A DNA stretch of 64,000 bases from Rickettsiales bacterium (GCA_047627215.1 JBLHTM010000002.1:158-64157), one strand, 5' to 3'; shown: positions 48,919-59,017, numbered from the stretch's first letter. Notes: generated by a model from the sequence alone, not told the origin. Numbers and translations are program-made.

Positions 48919-49530
48919 ATGAGTGAAAAGTTAGAGCAGCAAGCAAAATATATTCAAGAAAAATTCAAAGGGTCAGTTAATATTCCGTCCATTCAAAATG
49001 ATAATCTGATAATTTTTGTCTCACGAGATGAAATTATTGATTTTTTGACATTTCTAAAAAACGACTCCGAACTCTCCTTCAAACTTCTTCTTGATATCTT
49101 TGGTGCTGATTTTCTTGGAATCAAGAATCCTAGATTTGAAGTCATTTACAACCTTTTGAGCCTTAAAGCAAATAACCGCATCACGGTTAAAGTTGAAATT
49201 GATGATCAGGTTTCCGTTCCAACCACAACAGAAATTTTTAGTTCCGCAGGATGGTTTGAAAGAGAAGCTTTTGATATGTACGGAATTGTTTTTGATGGTC
49301 ACCCTGATTTGAGAAGAATTCTCACTGATTATGGCTTTGAAGGACATCCGCTACGCAAAGATTTTCCACTAACAGGTTACAAAGAAGTTAGGTATGACGA
49401 AGTACAAAAAAAGGTTATTTATGAGCCAGTTAAGCTGATGCAGGAATTTCGCAATTTTGATTTTGAATCACCATGGGAGGGAATTTTACAAAATCCCAAC
49501 CTTGCGGGTGACGAAAAAGCAAAGCCTTAA
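48919..49530 (+). CDS. nuoC: NADH-quinone oxidoreductase subunit C
   Basis: RFEVIYNLLS, WFEREAFDMYGI.FDGHPDLRRIL, and PLRKDFPL. The start is uncertain (candidates 48871, 48877 and 48919). Confidence 0.85.
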   Translation: MSEKLEQQAKYIQEKFKGSVNIPSIQNDNLIIFVSRDEIIDFLTFLKNDSELSFKLLLDIFGADFLGIKNPRFEVIYNLLSLKANNRITVKVEIDDQVSVPTTTEIFSSAGWFEREAFDMYGIVFDGHPDLRRILTDYGFEGHPLRKDFPLTGYKEVRYDEVQKKVIYEPVKLMQEFRNFDFESPWEGILQNPNLAGDEKAKP

Positions 49531-49551
49531 ACAGTAAATAGTAGAATAAAT

Positions 49552-50001
49552 ATGAAAGAAGATAATTTAAACAAATCATTTTTCCAAAAAACTTGTTATA
49601 AAATAAAATCTGCACTTTGTAGAGCCAGAGATAGCTTCTTGTTAGCATCCAAAGGAAAAGAAGATTTACAAATAGTTTTATGGGGATGGGGAGTTGCGGC
49701 GTATGTGGCATCATTTTTTATCAATAAATTTATTTTGTTTGTTAATCTTCCAATAGCAAGTTGGGTGATCAGTATGTTGGTGATCGCTTATTTTATTTGG
49801 CATATTGTTGCTTTAAAAAGATGTACCCCGAAAAAAATACCCCTAACTAAAGAAGAAAAAATACAACTAAAGAAGGATCGTTTAAAAAGGATCTCTAATA
49901 AATTATTACTCAGGGAACCAATATCAAAATGGAACCCGTCTTACGCAGAAATCGCATTTGATCTCTACCTCATAGTTTGTTTCGCTGAATATTTAATGTA
50001 A
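49552..50001 (+). CDS. Hypothetical membrane protein occupying the position where nuoD is normally found
   Basis: ORF with two or three TM helices and no recognised motif. Confidence 0.45.
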   Translation: MKEDNLNKSFFQKTCYKIKSALCRARDSFLLASKGKEDLQIVLWGWGVAAYVASFFINKFILFVNLPIASWVISMLVIAYFIWHIVALKRCTPKKIPLTKEEKIQLKKDRLKRISNKLLLREPISKWNPSYAEIAFDLYLIVCFAEYLM

Positions 50002-50059
50002 ATATTAAGCTGCACTTGAAAATCATTGATTTTCAATTTTATTAACTACAAAATTTATC

Positions 50060-50995
50060 ATGGAAGACCATCCCAAAGTAAAGAAAAAGAATACTTTACG
50101 CCCGAAAAATAAAAAAAAATCTTACCAAGCAATTTTCAAAAAAATTACTAAAATCAGCAATTCTTTCAGCACTATTTTTCAAAATAACAAAAAGCCCTAC
50201 CTCCTAAAATCTCTCAACAAGACAATTAATAGTTGCCAAAAAAGTGGCCTTCTCTCTTCGGAAACAAAAAAAATGATCAAGAATATCCTGAATATTGAGG
50301 ATATTAGAGTTGAAAATGTCATGACCCCGAGAACGGATGTTATTGCCATTCAACACAATTCTAGTTTGGAGGACATAAAAAAATTAATAATTGAAAATGA
50401 ACACACCAGAATACCAATCTTTAAACGTAATTTAGATAGTATTATTGGATTTATTCACAGTAAGGATTTGGCAAAATTCATCGGCTGTGAGGATGCTTCG
50501 CAAGCAGAGAACTTCAAGATCAATGATGTAATTCGTAAAATTTTATACGTTCCACACTCAATGAGAATCATTGATCTGCTGCTTAAAATGCGCTCTTCAA
50601 GGGTTCATATTGCTATTGTTCTTGATGAATATGGCGGAACTGATGGATTGGTTTCGATTGAAGATATTGTTGAGGAAATAGTTGGTGAAATTGAAGATGA
50701 ACATGATATTCCTGATGACAATGTTTATTTGAGAATCAAAAATATGAATGAAAGCATAATTCAAGTTGGCGGCAGAGTTGAGATTGAAAAAATTTCAGAG
50801 TTTCTAACATCTAATCTTGTGATTGAGGATATTGGTAGTGATTTTGACACTGTTGGTGGCTTAATGTTTGCAATATTCAAGAAAGTTCCTGAAATTGGTG
50901 AAGTTCACGACAATTCTGGATTAAGATTCAAAATTCTTGCGGCTGACGCAAGGTCGGTGAAGTTGGTTGAGATATCTAAGATGGAAGATAATTAA
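50060..50995 (+). CDS. CBS-pair plus CorC_HlyC domain protein (CorC/TlyC family)
   Basis: VMTPRTD..., IPIF, a second CBS motif with HIAIVLDEYGGTDGLVSIEDIVEEIVGEIEDE, and the C-terminal transporter-associated domain. Confidence 0.85.
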   Translation: MEDHPKVKKKNTLRPKNKKKSYQAIFKKITKISNSFSTIFQNNKKPYLLKSLNKTINSCQKSGLLSSETKKMIKNILNIEDIRVENVMTPRTDVIAIQHNSSLEDIKKLIIENEHTRIPIFKRNLDSIIGFIHSKDLAKFIGCEDASQAENFKINDVIRKILYVPHSMRIIDLLLKMRSSRVHIAIVLDEYGGTDGLVSIEDIVEEIVGEIEDEHDIPDDNVYLRIKNMNESIIQVGGRVEIEKISEFLTSNLVIEDIGSDFDTVGGLMFAIFKKVPEIGEVHDNSGLRFKILAADARSVKLVEISKMEDN

Positions 50996-51021
50996 TATTA
51001 TCGACCCGAAAAAAGATTAAT

Positions 51022-51061
51022 AAAAAACCCTCTACATATTAAATGTGCAGAGGGTTTTTTA
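51022..51061 (+). terminator. Rho-independent terminator after the corC-like gene
   Basis: AAAAAACCCTCTACAT-ATTAA-ATGT(GC)AGAGGGTTTTTT, with a G/C-rich stem base and a T-run. Confidence 0.75.
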
Positions 51062-51111
51062 TTGTCTAGATTTTGGAGGATGCTGACAGGTACCCAAATA
51101 AATAGATTTAT

Positions 51112-51295
51112 TAAGAATTGCAGATGGATGTTTTTCCTCATGAGGTACCGAATCAAGATTTTCTAAGGCCGCAAAGCCACCTAAGAAACTCTATGTCCGG
51201 CATGAAGTTAACTCTCGTGATATACATCATGGTGATGACTCATGATGGTAATTTGGCTATTTTAACTAATTATGGTGACTCACGATTAGTGATAT
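51112..51295 (-). mobile_element. MITE-like dispersed repeat, copy F (partial)
   Basis: AAGAATTGCAGATGGATGTTTTTCCTCATGAGGTACCGAATCAAGATTTTCTAAGGCCGCAAAGCCACCTAAGAAACTCTATGTCCGGCATGA is collinear with copies C and D. The copy abuts the dps stop codon. Confidence 0.7.
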
Positions 51296-51301
51296 TTATT
51301 A

Positions 51302-51739
51302 CTACAGGCTGCTTTTTAGCATCCAAGCATTCTTTTGGTGAGCTTCAATTCTGTCAGTTACCATTCCCGCCGTCACCTCATCGCCAACATTTTGAGCTTC
51401 TTTCAAAACATTAGTTAGGGTTTTAACGATAATATCTTGGCTATCAGACAAATCTTTGACCATGGAATTGGCATCCAATTCTTCATTACCTTCCTGAATA
51501 TTCGTAAGCTCCATGTATTTTGCATAAGTTCCAGGAGCTTTTTCTCCTAAAGCTCTGATTCTCTCAGCAATCAAATCTACAGCCGCGAACAAGTCATTAT
51601 ATTGACCTTCGAACATTGTATGGAAAGATTGAAAATTTGGACCAGTGACATTCCAGTGATAATTCTGAGTTTTTAAATATAAAACATAGCTGTCAGCCAA
51701 GGCTACTTTTAGATAATCTGATACATTCTTATTTGTCAT
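51302..51739 (-). CDS. dps: Dps (DNA protection during starvation) ferritin-like protein
   Basis: LADSYVLYLKTQNYHWNVTGPNF..LH..FE, plus the C-terminal HQKNAWMLKS. Confidence 0.85.
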   Translation of the reverse strand: MTNKNVSDYLKVALADSYVLYLKTQNYHWNVTGPNFQSFHTMFEGQYNDLFAAVDLIAERIRALGEKAPGTYAKYMELTNIQEGNEELDANSMVKDLSDSQDIIVKTLTNVLKEAQNVGDEVTAGMVTDRIEAHQKNAWMLKSSL

Positions 51740-51752
51740 TTTTCTGATTAAT

Positions 51753-52271
51753 TTAATTAATAAAAATAGTCTGCGCTACCGCATTTATTACACTAGAAAT
51801 TCTGATACTATGCGCAATGGTTGATTTGTCTATTTTGGAATTTACTAATGTTTTGACATGAGAATCAATGCACAATCCACAACCATTAATTGCGGAGACA
51901 GCAAGGGAATAAAGCTCAAAATCAACTTTCCCAACCCCCGGATTGCCGATAATGTTCATACGCAATTTTGCTGGCATTTGTAAATAATCTTTATCGCTAA
52001 CCAAATGCGTAAAACGATAATAAATGTTATTCATCGCCATGATTGAAGCTGCGGCTTTTGCGGCATTGACTTCCTCGCTAGAAATCTTTTCTTGCGATTT
52101 TTCTAAAATAAATTCCACCAAGTCAGAATTTTTGGTCGCATATCCGCAAGAAAGTGCAATTGCGTAAATCTGATTTTCTTGCAAAGATGATTCTGGATCA
52201 ATTTTTAGAACGCTAGATAAATTTAATTTTATGTCGCGAGCGTAATCTTGAAATTCTATGTTTTTTGTCAT
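51753..52271 (-). CDS. ahpD: Alkyl hydroperoxide reductase AhpD (carboxymuconolactone decarboxylase family)
   Basis: The INGCGLCIDSH CxxC motif, and position downstream of ahpC. Confidence 0.8.
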   Translation of the reverse strand: MTKNIEFQDYARDIKLNLSSVLKIDPESSLQENQIYAIALSCGYATKNSDLVEFILEKSQEKISSEEVNAAKAAASIMAMNNIYYRFTHLVSDKDYLQMPAKLRMNIIGNPGVGKVDFELYSLAVSAINGCGLCIDSHVKTLVNSKIDKSTIAHSIRISSVINAVAQTIFIN

Positions 52272-52325
52272 TTTATTTTCTCTTTTAGATTTGAGGGCTT
52301 GTAAAATCACAAGCCCAATTTTTGA

Positions 52326-52874
52326 TTAAACGTCAATCGTATCTTCACCTTTCTTCCAGTTGCATGGACAAAGCTCATCAGTTTGTAGGGCGTCTAAAAC
52401 CCTTAAAACCTCATCTGGGTTTCTGCCGACATTAAGGTCATTAACTGAAACAAAACGGATGACTCCATCAGGATCAACCACAAAAGTTGCACGATTAGCA
52501 ACCGCTTCTTCCTTGTTTAAAATTCCAAGATCAGCAGATAATTTTCCACCGATATCAGCCAGCATTGGAACTGGAAGATCTGATAATTCTTCATTATCTC
52601 TTTTCCAAGCCAAATGAACAAATTCACTATCCGTGCTTGCGCCCATCAAAACAGTGTCTCGATCAGCAAATTCTTCATTTAATTTTCCAAAAGCAGCAAT
52701 TTCAGTTGGGCAAACAAAAGTGAAATCTTTTGGCCAGAAAAATAGCACCTGCCATTTTCCTTTGTTAGTTTCACTACTGATATTGATGAAAGCGTCATTT
52801 GGGCTTTCGGGGTATTGTCCCGATTTAACAGCTTTTAGATTGAAAGCTGGAAACTTGTCGCCGATAGTTAACAT
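52326..52874 (-). CDS. ahpC: Peroxiredoxin AhpC
   Basis: FFWPKDFTFVCPTE peroxidatic Cys block and the resolving Cys region ELCPCNW. Confidence 0.9.
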   Translation of the reverse strand: MLTIGDKFPAFNLKAVKSGQYPESPNDAFINISSETNKGKWQVLFFWPKDFTFVCPTEIAAFGKLNEEFADRDTVLMGASTDSEFVHLAWKRDNEELSDLPVPMLADIGGKLSADLGILNKEEAVANRATFVVDPDGVIRFVSVNDLNVGRNPDEVLRVLDALQTDELCPCNWKKGEDTIDV

Positions 52875-53154
52875 GATTTTTATTTATTTAAGGTTAAAAA
52901 ATTACGACCCAATTGATCGTTATACCAAACCTCATCTTTAATCACTTTTTTAAACTGCATCTTTTTGGTCTAAAATTGAAAATAAAAACCTTTTTTATGC
53001 ACCGATAAAGGCGGTTTTTCTCTTCAATTTTATCCTCAAAAATATTTTGTTTAAAAACGCAATTAAAGATAAGACTTGGTATTAGTTAAATGTAGACAAA
53101 TCTATTCATAAGGATAATATATTATAATTATCTTAATAATAACTTTTACTTATC

Positions 53155-54021
53155 ATGAATATTAGGGATTTCGAATATCTAATTGCTGTCAGCGAGCTAA
53201 AAAATTTCAGCAGAGCCGCAGAAAAATGCTTTATTTCCCAACCAGCACTGAGTCAACAAGTCAAAAAGATTGAAGATCAGTTGGGTTTTAACATCTTTGA
53301 AAGATCGAAGAAAAGCATCATTACAACTAGCAATGGCCAGAAAGTGATCAAACACGCCAAATCAATTATTTCTTACTACACTCAAATAAAAGAAATAGGT
53401 AATGAACAAATCAACATTAAAATTGGATTGATTCCCACGATATGTCCGTATCTATTGCCGCTTATTGTTGATAAATTGCATCAGGAATTTCCTGAAATTA
53501 GATTTTATTTTTTGGAATTAAAAACCGAAGACCTATTTAAAAAGCTCAAAGATGGAGAAATTGATTTTGGGGTAATTGCTTATTTTGACAATTTAATTGA
53601 CGAAAAAACGCAATATTCCAAATCATATGACGAGGAATTCCTGCTTACTTTGCCAAAGACATCTAAATTATCTCAAAAGGATTTTCCAAAAATAATGGAA
53701 GAAAAGAAGTTGATTCTGTTAGAAGAAGGAAATTGCATGTCGGACAATATCAAGAAAATCTGCGATATTTACCACCAAAATTCTTTTAGTGAATTTTACG
53801 CAACTAATATTGAGACGGTAAAAAACATGGTGAGGATCAACAATGGTGCCGCTTTGTTGCCAAAATTATCCTGCTTAGATGAAAAAAATTTAAAGACTTT
53901 TTCTTTTGTCCCTAAAAAATCACGAGAAGTTGGAATGGTGTGGCGAAAAAGTTTTGAAGATGAAGGATTGGCAAAATCGGTAGGAGATATTATTACCCAA
54001 AATTCCAAATCAAAACTTTAG
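53155..54021 (+). CDS. LysR-family transcriptional regulator (OxyR-like by context)
   Basis: N-terminal HTH FEYLIAVSELKNFSRAAEKCFISQPALSQQVKKIE. It is divergent from ahpC-ahpD-dps. Confidence 0.75.
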   Translation: MNIRDFEYLIAVSELKNFSRAAEKCFISQPALSQQVKKIEDQLGFNIFERSKKSIITTSNGQKVIKHAKSIISYYTQIKEIGNEQINIKIGLIPTICPYLLPLIVDKLHQEFPEIRFYFLELKTEDLFKKLKDGEIDFGVIAYFDNLIDEKTQYSKSYDEEFLLTLPKTSKLSQKDFPKIMEEKKLILLEEGNCMSDNIKKICDIYHQNSFSEFYATNIETVKNMVRINNGAALLPKLSCLDEKNLKTFSFVPKKSREVGMVWRKSFEDEGLAKSVGDIITQNSKSKL

Positions 54022-54602
54022 GGATAAATCCTAGACATTACCCAAGAATCACCGGATTTTTGGTAAATTGTTCTGTTATGCAATCTAAAATCACCATCTT
54101 CCCAAAATTCAATTCTAGTTGGTTTACATCTGAATCCCGACCAAAATGGAGGGCGAGAAACTTCTTTTCCATCAAATTTTTGTTCAACATCTTTGATTCT
54201 ATCCGCAAATTCTTGATCATTTTTCATATCTTGAGATTGTTTGGACGCCCAGGCTCCAATCTGACTTTCTCTTCTTCTGGAGGCGAAATAATCGTCAGCC
54301 TCTTTCTTGGTGACATCTTCAACCTCACCTTCAATTCTAACCTGCCTACCTAGAGCTCCCCAATAAAAACAAAGGGCAACATTTTTGTTATTAGCCAATT
54401 CACCACCTTTTCTGCTGGTTAGGTTGGTAAAAAAACAAAAACCCGTTTCATCGAATTTTTTTAGCAAAACCATTCGCGATGAAGGTTTGTTTTTTTCATT
54501 AACAGTCGTCAAGCACATTGCGGTTGGCTCAATGATTTTGGGGTTATTTTGCGCTTCTTTTAACCAGAGGTCGAATGTTTCAAATAATTTATGATGTGCC
54601 AT
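54018..54602 (-). CDS. pdxH: Pyridoxamine 5'-phosphate oxidase
   Basis: PSSRMVLLK, FFTN..SRKG, RQVRIEG, and IEFW....RLH.R. Confidence 0.9.
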   Translation of the reverse strand: MAHHKLFETFDLWLKEAQNNPKIIEPTAMCLTTVNEKNKPSSRMVLLKKFDETGFCFFTNLTSRKGGELANNKNVALCFYWGALGRQVRIEGEVEDVTKKEADDYFASRRRESQIGAWASKQSQDMKNDQEFADRIKDVEQKFDGKEVSRPPFWSGFRCKPTRIEFWEDGDFRLHNRTIYQKSGDSWVMSRIYP

Positions 54603-54604
54603 AT

Positions 54605-55582
54605 TTATTTTTTAATTAGTTTGTTTAAATGATTTTTAACTTTTCCACTTTTAATGGCGTCTCTTGCCATGATTATTCCCTTTTGAACATCTTGAACTTT
54701 GTTTGCAACAAGTAATGCAAATGCGCAATTCAAAACCACAATGTCCTGATATGAAGAATCAACTCCATCAAAAAGTTCTATTATTTTTGCAGCGTTGTAT
54801 TTTGCGTCACCGCCTTTGATAGATTCAATTGGTGATTTTTTAAACCCAAAATCTTCAGGATTGATTGTTTGGACTTCGCTTATTTTACCATTTTCTAGTT
54901 TTGCTATTAATGAATTATCGCAAATGGTGATTTCGTCCATTCCATCTTTTCCGTGAACAATAAATACTTTTTCACTTCCCGATGCCTTCAAAGCCTCAAG
55001 CATTGGAATCATGGTTTCAACTTTTGAAGTTCCAATTAATTGAAAAGCAGTATTGGCAGGATTTAAAAGTGGGCCTAGGAAATTAAAAATTGTCGGAACC
55101 CCTAATTTGGCACGAACTTTGGCAATTGACTTGAATGAGTTGTGGTAAAGAGGTGCATACATGAAACATAAATTATCCTTCTCTAAAGATTTTTCAATTT
55201 CATCTTGCTCTGCCAAAATATTTATCCCGAGCATCGATAAAACATCTGCCGAGCCAGATTTTGAAGAAATTGCTTTATTTCCATGTTTTGCAACCGGAAC
55301 TCCACAGGATGAAACCAACAAAGCAACGGCCGTCGAAACATTTAAAGTATTCAATTTGTCGCCACCAGTTCCACAAACATCAATGGAATTTTTTGGAGCA
55401 GATATTTTTTTACAAAGAGGTCTAAAGGTTTCAATCGCACCAATAAAGGCAGAGGTAGAGAATTTAGATTTATTTAGATGACGCAGAAATTCTTCGATTT
55501 TTTCATCATCTAATTTCCCCGAAGTGATATTGGAGAAAATTTTTACATAATCGTCCTTACTAAATAGTCTTAATTCCATCAC
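54605..55582 (-). CDS. trpD: Anthranilate phosphoribosyltransferase
   Basis: [13 protein letters not shown]...[10 protein letters not shown], and NPA blocks. Confidence 0.9.
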   Translation of the reverse strand: MMELRLFSKDDYVKIFSNITSGKLDDEKIEEFLRHLNKSKFSTSAFIGAIETFRPLCKKISAPKNSIDVCGTGGDKLNTLNVSTAVALLVSSCGVPVAKHGNKAISSKSGSADVLSMLGINILAEQDEIEKSLEKDNLCFMYAPLYHNSFKSIAKVRAKLGVPTIFNFLGPLLNPANTAFQLIGTSKVETMIPMLEALKASGSEKVFIVHGKDGMDEITICDNSLIAKLENGKISEVQTINPEDFGFKKSPIESIKGGDAKYNAAKIIELFDGVDSSYQDIVVLNCAFALLVANKVQDVQKGIIMARDAIKSGKVKNHLNKLIKK

Positions 55583-56145
55583 AACATATCAATAAAATTC
55601 TTAATCAATTGGTGACCATGCTCAGAAGCAATGGATTCGGGGTGAAATTGCACGCCGTGAATGTTAAAATTTTTGTGTTTAATGCCCATGATAATTCCAT
55701 CCTTGGTTTTGGCGGTTATTTCCAAATCTTCAGGAAAATTTTCAGGTTCGATAGTCAGTGAGTGGTATCTAGTAGCTTTGAACGGAGAAGGGATATCTTT
55801 AAATACACTTTCTCCAGAATGAAAAATTTCACTGACTTTTCCGTGCATTGGATAGGTTTTTACCACTTTTCCACCAAAAGACTGACCAATTGATTGGTGA
55901 CCAAGACATACACCTAGAATTGGATATTGCCCTTTTAGATCATTAATCACATCTAGACAAATTCCTGCTTCATTTGGTGAGCAAGGACCTGGGGAGAGAA
56001 TTATTGCTTGAGGATTAAGCTCTTTAATTTCGTCAATTGAAATTTGATCATTGCGCTTGACCAAAACTTCTTTTTGTCCAGCCTCAAGAACGTAATGGTA
56101 GAGGTTGTAGGTAAAGCTGTCGTAATTATCAATGAGGAGAATCAT
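55579..56145 (-). CDS. trpG: Glutamine amidotransferase component II of anthranilate/aminodeoxychorismate synthase
   Basis: [21 protein letters not shown], and GVQFHPES. TrpG cannot be distinguished from PabA by sequence alone. Confidence 0.85.
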   Translation of the reverse strand: MILLIDNYDSFTYNLYHYVLEAGQKEVLVKRNDQISIDEIKELNPQAIILSPGPCSPNEAGICLDVINDLKGQYPILGVCLGHQSIGQSFGGKVVKTYPMHGKVSEIFHSGESVFKDIPSPFKATRYHSLTIEPENFPEDLEITAKTKDGIIMGIKHKNFNIHGVQFHPESIASEHGHQLIKNFIDML

Positions 56146-56492
56146 GTTCTATTTTTAGTTTGAGTGATTGAGAATGAATCAACAAAATCATAAACCCCAG
56201 TTTTGTCGACTTCCAATGTACAGCTTTTTATTCGCTGATCTTTCATGATCAATTCTAAGAGTTCTCCAACCATTTTTTCAATCAAATGACAATAATTGTT
56301 TTTGGTGTAATCACGAATTTGGTTGGTGATTTTGTCGTAATCCAAAGTGTCTTCAATTTTGTCACTGACGATTGATTTTTCAAAATCTCCGTCAATTTGG
56401 ACATTAAAAATTAAAGTTCTTGGATGAGTTTTTTCCCATTCATAAATTCCCAAGAAAGTTTCGATACGCAGGTTTTTTATTCTAATGATCAT
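56142..56492 (-). CDS. folB: Dihydroneopterin aldolase
   Basis: [17 protein letters not shown]...DTLDY...L.E, with a typical FolB length of 116 aa. Confidence 0.75.
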   Translation of the reverse strand: MIIRIKNLRIETFLGIYEWEKTHPRTLIFNVQIDGDFEKSIVSDKIEDTLDYDKITNQIRDYTKNNYCHLIEKMVGELLELIMKDQRIKSCTLEVDKTGVYDFVDSFSITQTKNRT

Positions 56493-57463
56493 TGGTTAAA
56501 TCCATTTGGAGACATTGGAGAAGAAGGTGGCATGCTGCTGTAATCTTGTGATTTTGGAATTTGCGAACTCCTATTTCTTGACGAGCTTTTTAGTGACATT
56601 GATCCGGCATATGGCGTTGACCCGACGGGTCTTCCGCTGCGAAGCATGTTATTATTGTAGACACAAGCAATTTGATTTCCATTTCTCAAAGTGAATTGAG
56701 CCCCAGTTCTTTCTACTATGATGTATTCTCCAGCCACCCTGAAGTTGACCAAAGATTCATATCCGTCAGCGTCAACCGCAAAAATTGCCGGCAATTCTGC
56801 GCTTTTTGCAGCAAATTGAAAATAGGTAAATTCACCATTATCGAACACTTTCATCGGAGAAATTGTTGGTGCTCCGGTGTATTCGTAATTGAAATTGTAG
56901 ATACTTAAATTCCTCATATCAGGCTCGTCAGAAACTGGAGTTTTTGGAAATTCAAAAATATTCTTATCAGAATCATCCGGATAAACGAATTTAACCGCAT
57001 AAATCAGATTTTCATCGTCTGGGCCGGTTGGAGTTCTGGCTATCAATTCAAAATTATAGATTCTTCCCAAATTAGTTTTAACTGTCATGTTGGTATTGGC
57101 ATTGTCTGAAACTGGCTTTAGATAAAGACGTTTTTTGCTTTCAGATATTTTCCAAAGCCACGCATCAGAATTTCCAATTGCAACTTCAGAAATTTGTTCG
57201 GCCTGACCACTTTCGGATCTAGGTTCGTTGATCGCATTGATTCCAGAGGCGGTAGCACCTCTATTTGATTTACCTTGGAACTCAATAAAACCATGGTAAT
57301 TGTAGTTTCCAATGTATCGATAAACGTCGTATGGATTGTAGATGAACATGCGGAATTTTTTCTCTTTACCCAAATATCTTGGCAATTGAGATGCGTTTGC
57401 ATGTTCAGAATTATGGGTAAAAAAAGCTGATATTAAGAGAAAAATTAATGCTAATTTCTTCAT
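56489..57463 (-). CDS. virB9: VirB9/TrbG/CagX-family type IV secretion protein
   Basis: Signal peptide, N-domain AIGNSDAWLWKI...LYLKP...NTNMTVKTNLGRIYNFEL, and C-domain VFDNGEFTYFQF...PAIFAVDADGYESLVNFRV...FTLRNGNQIACVYN. Confidence 0.75.
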   Translation of the reverse strand: MKKLALIFLLISAFFTHNSEHANASQLPRYLGKEKKFRMFIYNPYDVYRYIGNYNYHGFIEFQGKSNRGATASGINAINEPRSESGQAEQISEVAIGNSDAWLWKISESKKRLYLKPVSDNANTNMTVKTNLGRIYNFELIARTPTGPDDENLIYAVKFVYPDDSDKNIFEFPKTPVSDEPDMRNLSIYNFNYEYTGAPTISPMKVFDNGEFTYFQFAAKSAELPAIFAVDADGYESLVNFRVAGEYIIVERTGAQFTLRNGNQIACVYNNNMLRSGRPVGSTPYAGSMSLKSSSRNRSSQIPKSQDYSSMPPSSPMSPNGFNQ

Positions 57464-58242
57464 TTTATTTTATAAATTTTGTAGGAAGTGATCATGAAAT
57501 CCAATCTTGATCCTGGAGGTAGATCGGCATCTACACCAGAAAATTTGAAGTTTATTTTTGCCAAATATTTTTGGGTTGATTTAGTTTTTGAATTAGCTTT
57601 GATGGTGATCGTGTGATAAATATCAGCTCGATTGGGGATATCACGAACAACAAAATTTTTTGCCCTACTAATAAAGCCAACATCCTTTTCTTTAGGAAAA
57701 AGCACCAAACCAATATCAACTATTCTTTGATAATCGCGACCGAAATAAATGATCGGACTGTTGGGATTTTTCTTACTTAAAAAGCTTTGAAAATTTCGAT
57801 ATTCCTTCAAGGACGAATTATTCTTGATGTAGTTCATTTGATCATTCAAGGCCTGAATGTCAGTCTCTCTTAAATCGTAATTTTCTCTTTTTTCAACATA
57901 TTTGATAAGTAAATACTTCAAGACCGCCTCATCAACACCACTAACCTCAATTGAGTCTTTAAGGCTTTTAATGACCGGAAAATAGCGCGATTGATCTTTT
58001 GGGCGAATTGAAATTCCAACTTTTTCTTTAATAGGAAAAGAAGATTGAATGGTCATTACTAAAACGTAGGTCACAAAACCAATGATCAGAACCATGAAGA
58101 ACAGAATGGTTCTGTGGCAAACTGGCTGCACGTAGCGAAACAAGTACCAAGCCTTAGCATCCCCAAAAAAACTCCCATCATAGACCGAGGCTTTAATGAA
58201 TTTATTGTATTCTTCTTTTTCTAAATCAGTTGATTTGTCCAT
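57460..58242 (-). CDS. virB8: VirB8-family type IV secretion protein
   Basis: Cytoplasmic N-terminus, a single TM helix (ILFFMVLIIGFVTYVLV), then an NTF2-like region with YVEKRENYD and KNPNSPIIYFG blocks. It has a 4-nt overlap with virB9. Confidence 0.6.
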   Translation of the reverse strand: MDKSTDLEKEEYNKFIKASVYDGSFFGDAKAWYLFRYVQPVCHRTILFFMVLIIGFVTYVLVMTIQSSFPIKEKVGISIRPKDQSRYFPVIKSLKDSIEVSGVDEAVLKYLLIKYVEKRENYDLRETDIQALNDQMNYIKNNSSLKEYRNFQSFLSKKNPNSPIIYFGRDYQRIVDIGLVLFPKEKDVGFISRAKNFVVRDIPNRADIYHTITIKANSKTKSTQKYLAKINFKFSGVDADLPPGSRLDFMITSYKIYKIK

Positions 58243-58945
58243 TCAAATTTTTGATTATTTGAGTCATTTTTTGCGATGCCAAATCAATTCTTTCAGCATC
58301 AACACCCCTAAAAACTAACGCCGTTCCTCCAACAAAGGGGTAGCTTCCCATAGAAATATCGGCAAATTCTTTTTGCAAAATCTCCAAATCACTCGCCACC
58401 AGACTCTCGGTTAAATTTAACCTAATTTCTTTTGAAATAATTTTATCCCCACCAGTCAAATTTATTGATGCAGCAAAAAACATTTCCTGCATGATTTTAG
58501 GAACTCCAGCCATGACAATAACGTTTTCAATAATAAATCCAGGAGCTGAGCTGATTGGATTATCGAGCAGGCTTGCATTTCTTGGAACAAAAGCCATTTT
58601 CAAGCGAGCATCATTGACATTTTCCGCACCGTAATGATCAATCAATATTTGCTCAGCTTCTTCATTTTTGATCAAATCTTCACCAAATGCCTTGGCAATG
58701 GATGCGGAAGTGATATCATCGTGAGTCGGCCCAATACCTCCTGAGGTAAAGACATAATGGAATTTTTTGCGCAAATAATTGACCGCCAAAATAATTTCAG
58801 ACTCATCGTCAGCAATCACCCTGACCTCTTTGAGGTTAATACCTCTCAAGGTGAGTTCTGCTGCTAGAAAATTCAAATTTTTATCAGCAGTTCTTCCTGA
58901 CAAAACTTCATCCCCAATAATAATAAAAGCGGCTGTTACTAGCAT
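58226..58945 (-). CDS. CinA-like / MoCF-biosynthesis (molybdopterin-binding) domain protein
   Basis: AAFIIIGDEVLSGRTADKN, TSGGIGPTHDDIT, and PGVP-like blocks. Confidence 0.75.
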   Translation of the reverse strand: MLVTAAFIIIGDEVLSGRTADKNLNFLAAELTLRGINLKEVRVIADDESEIILAVNYLRKKFHYVFTSGGIGPTHDDITSASIAKAFGEDLIKNEEAEQILIDHYGAENVNDARLKMAFVPRNASLLDNPISSAPGFIIENVIVMAGVPKIMQEMFFAASINLTGGDKIISKEIRLNLTESLVASDLEILQKEFADISMGSYPFVGGTALVFRGVDAERIDLASQKMTQIIKNLNGQIN

Positions 58946-59017
58946 AAAAGAAATTTAAGTAGTTAAATTAAAGTTGTAAGTCAAAGAAATAGGACTCTTA
59001 AATTCTTACTACAATGT

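Noticed and set aside
51118-51414. A 98-aa plus-strand ORF
   Set aside because: Its first half is MITE copy F and its second half is antisense to the well-supported dps gene.
53100-53140. An AT-rich near-palindrome ATAAGGATAAT...ATTATCTTAAT just upstream of the LysR gene, considered as an OxyR/LysR box
   Set aside because: It is imperfect, and in a stretch that is nearly pure A/T such matches arise easily. It was not reported as a feature without comparative support.
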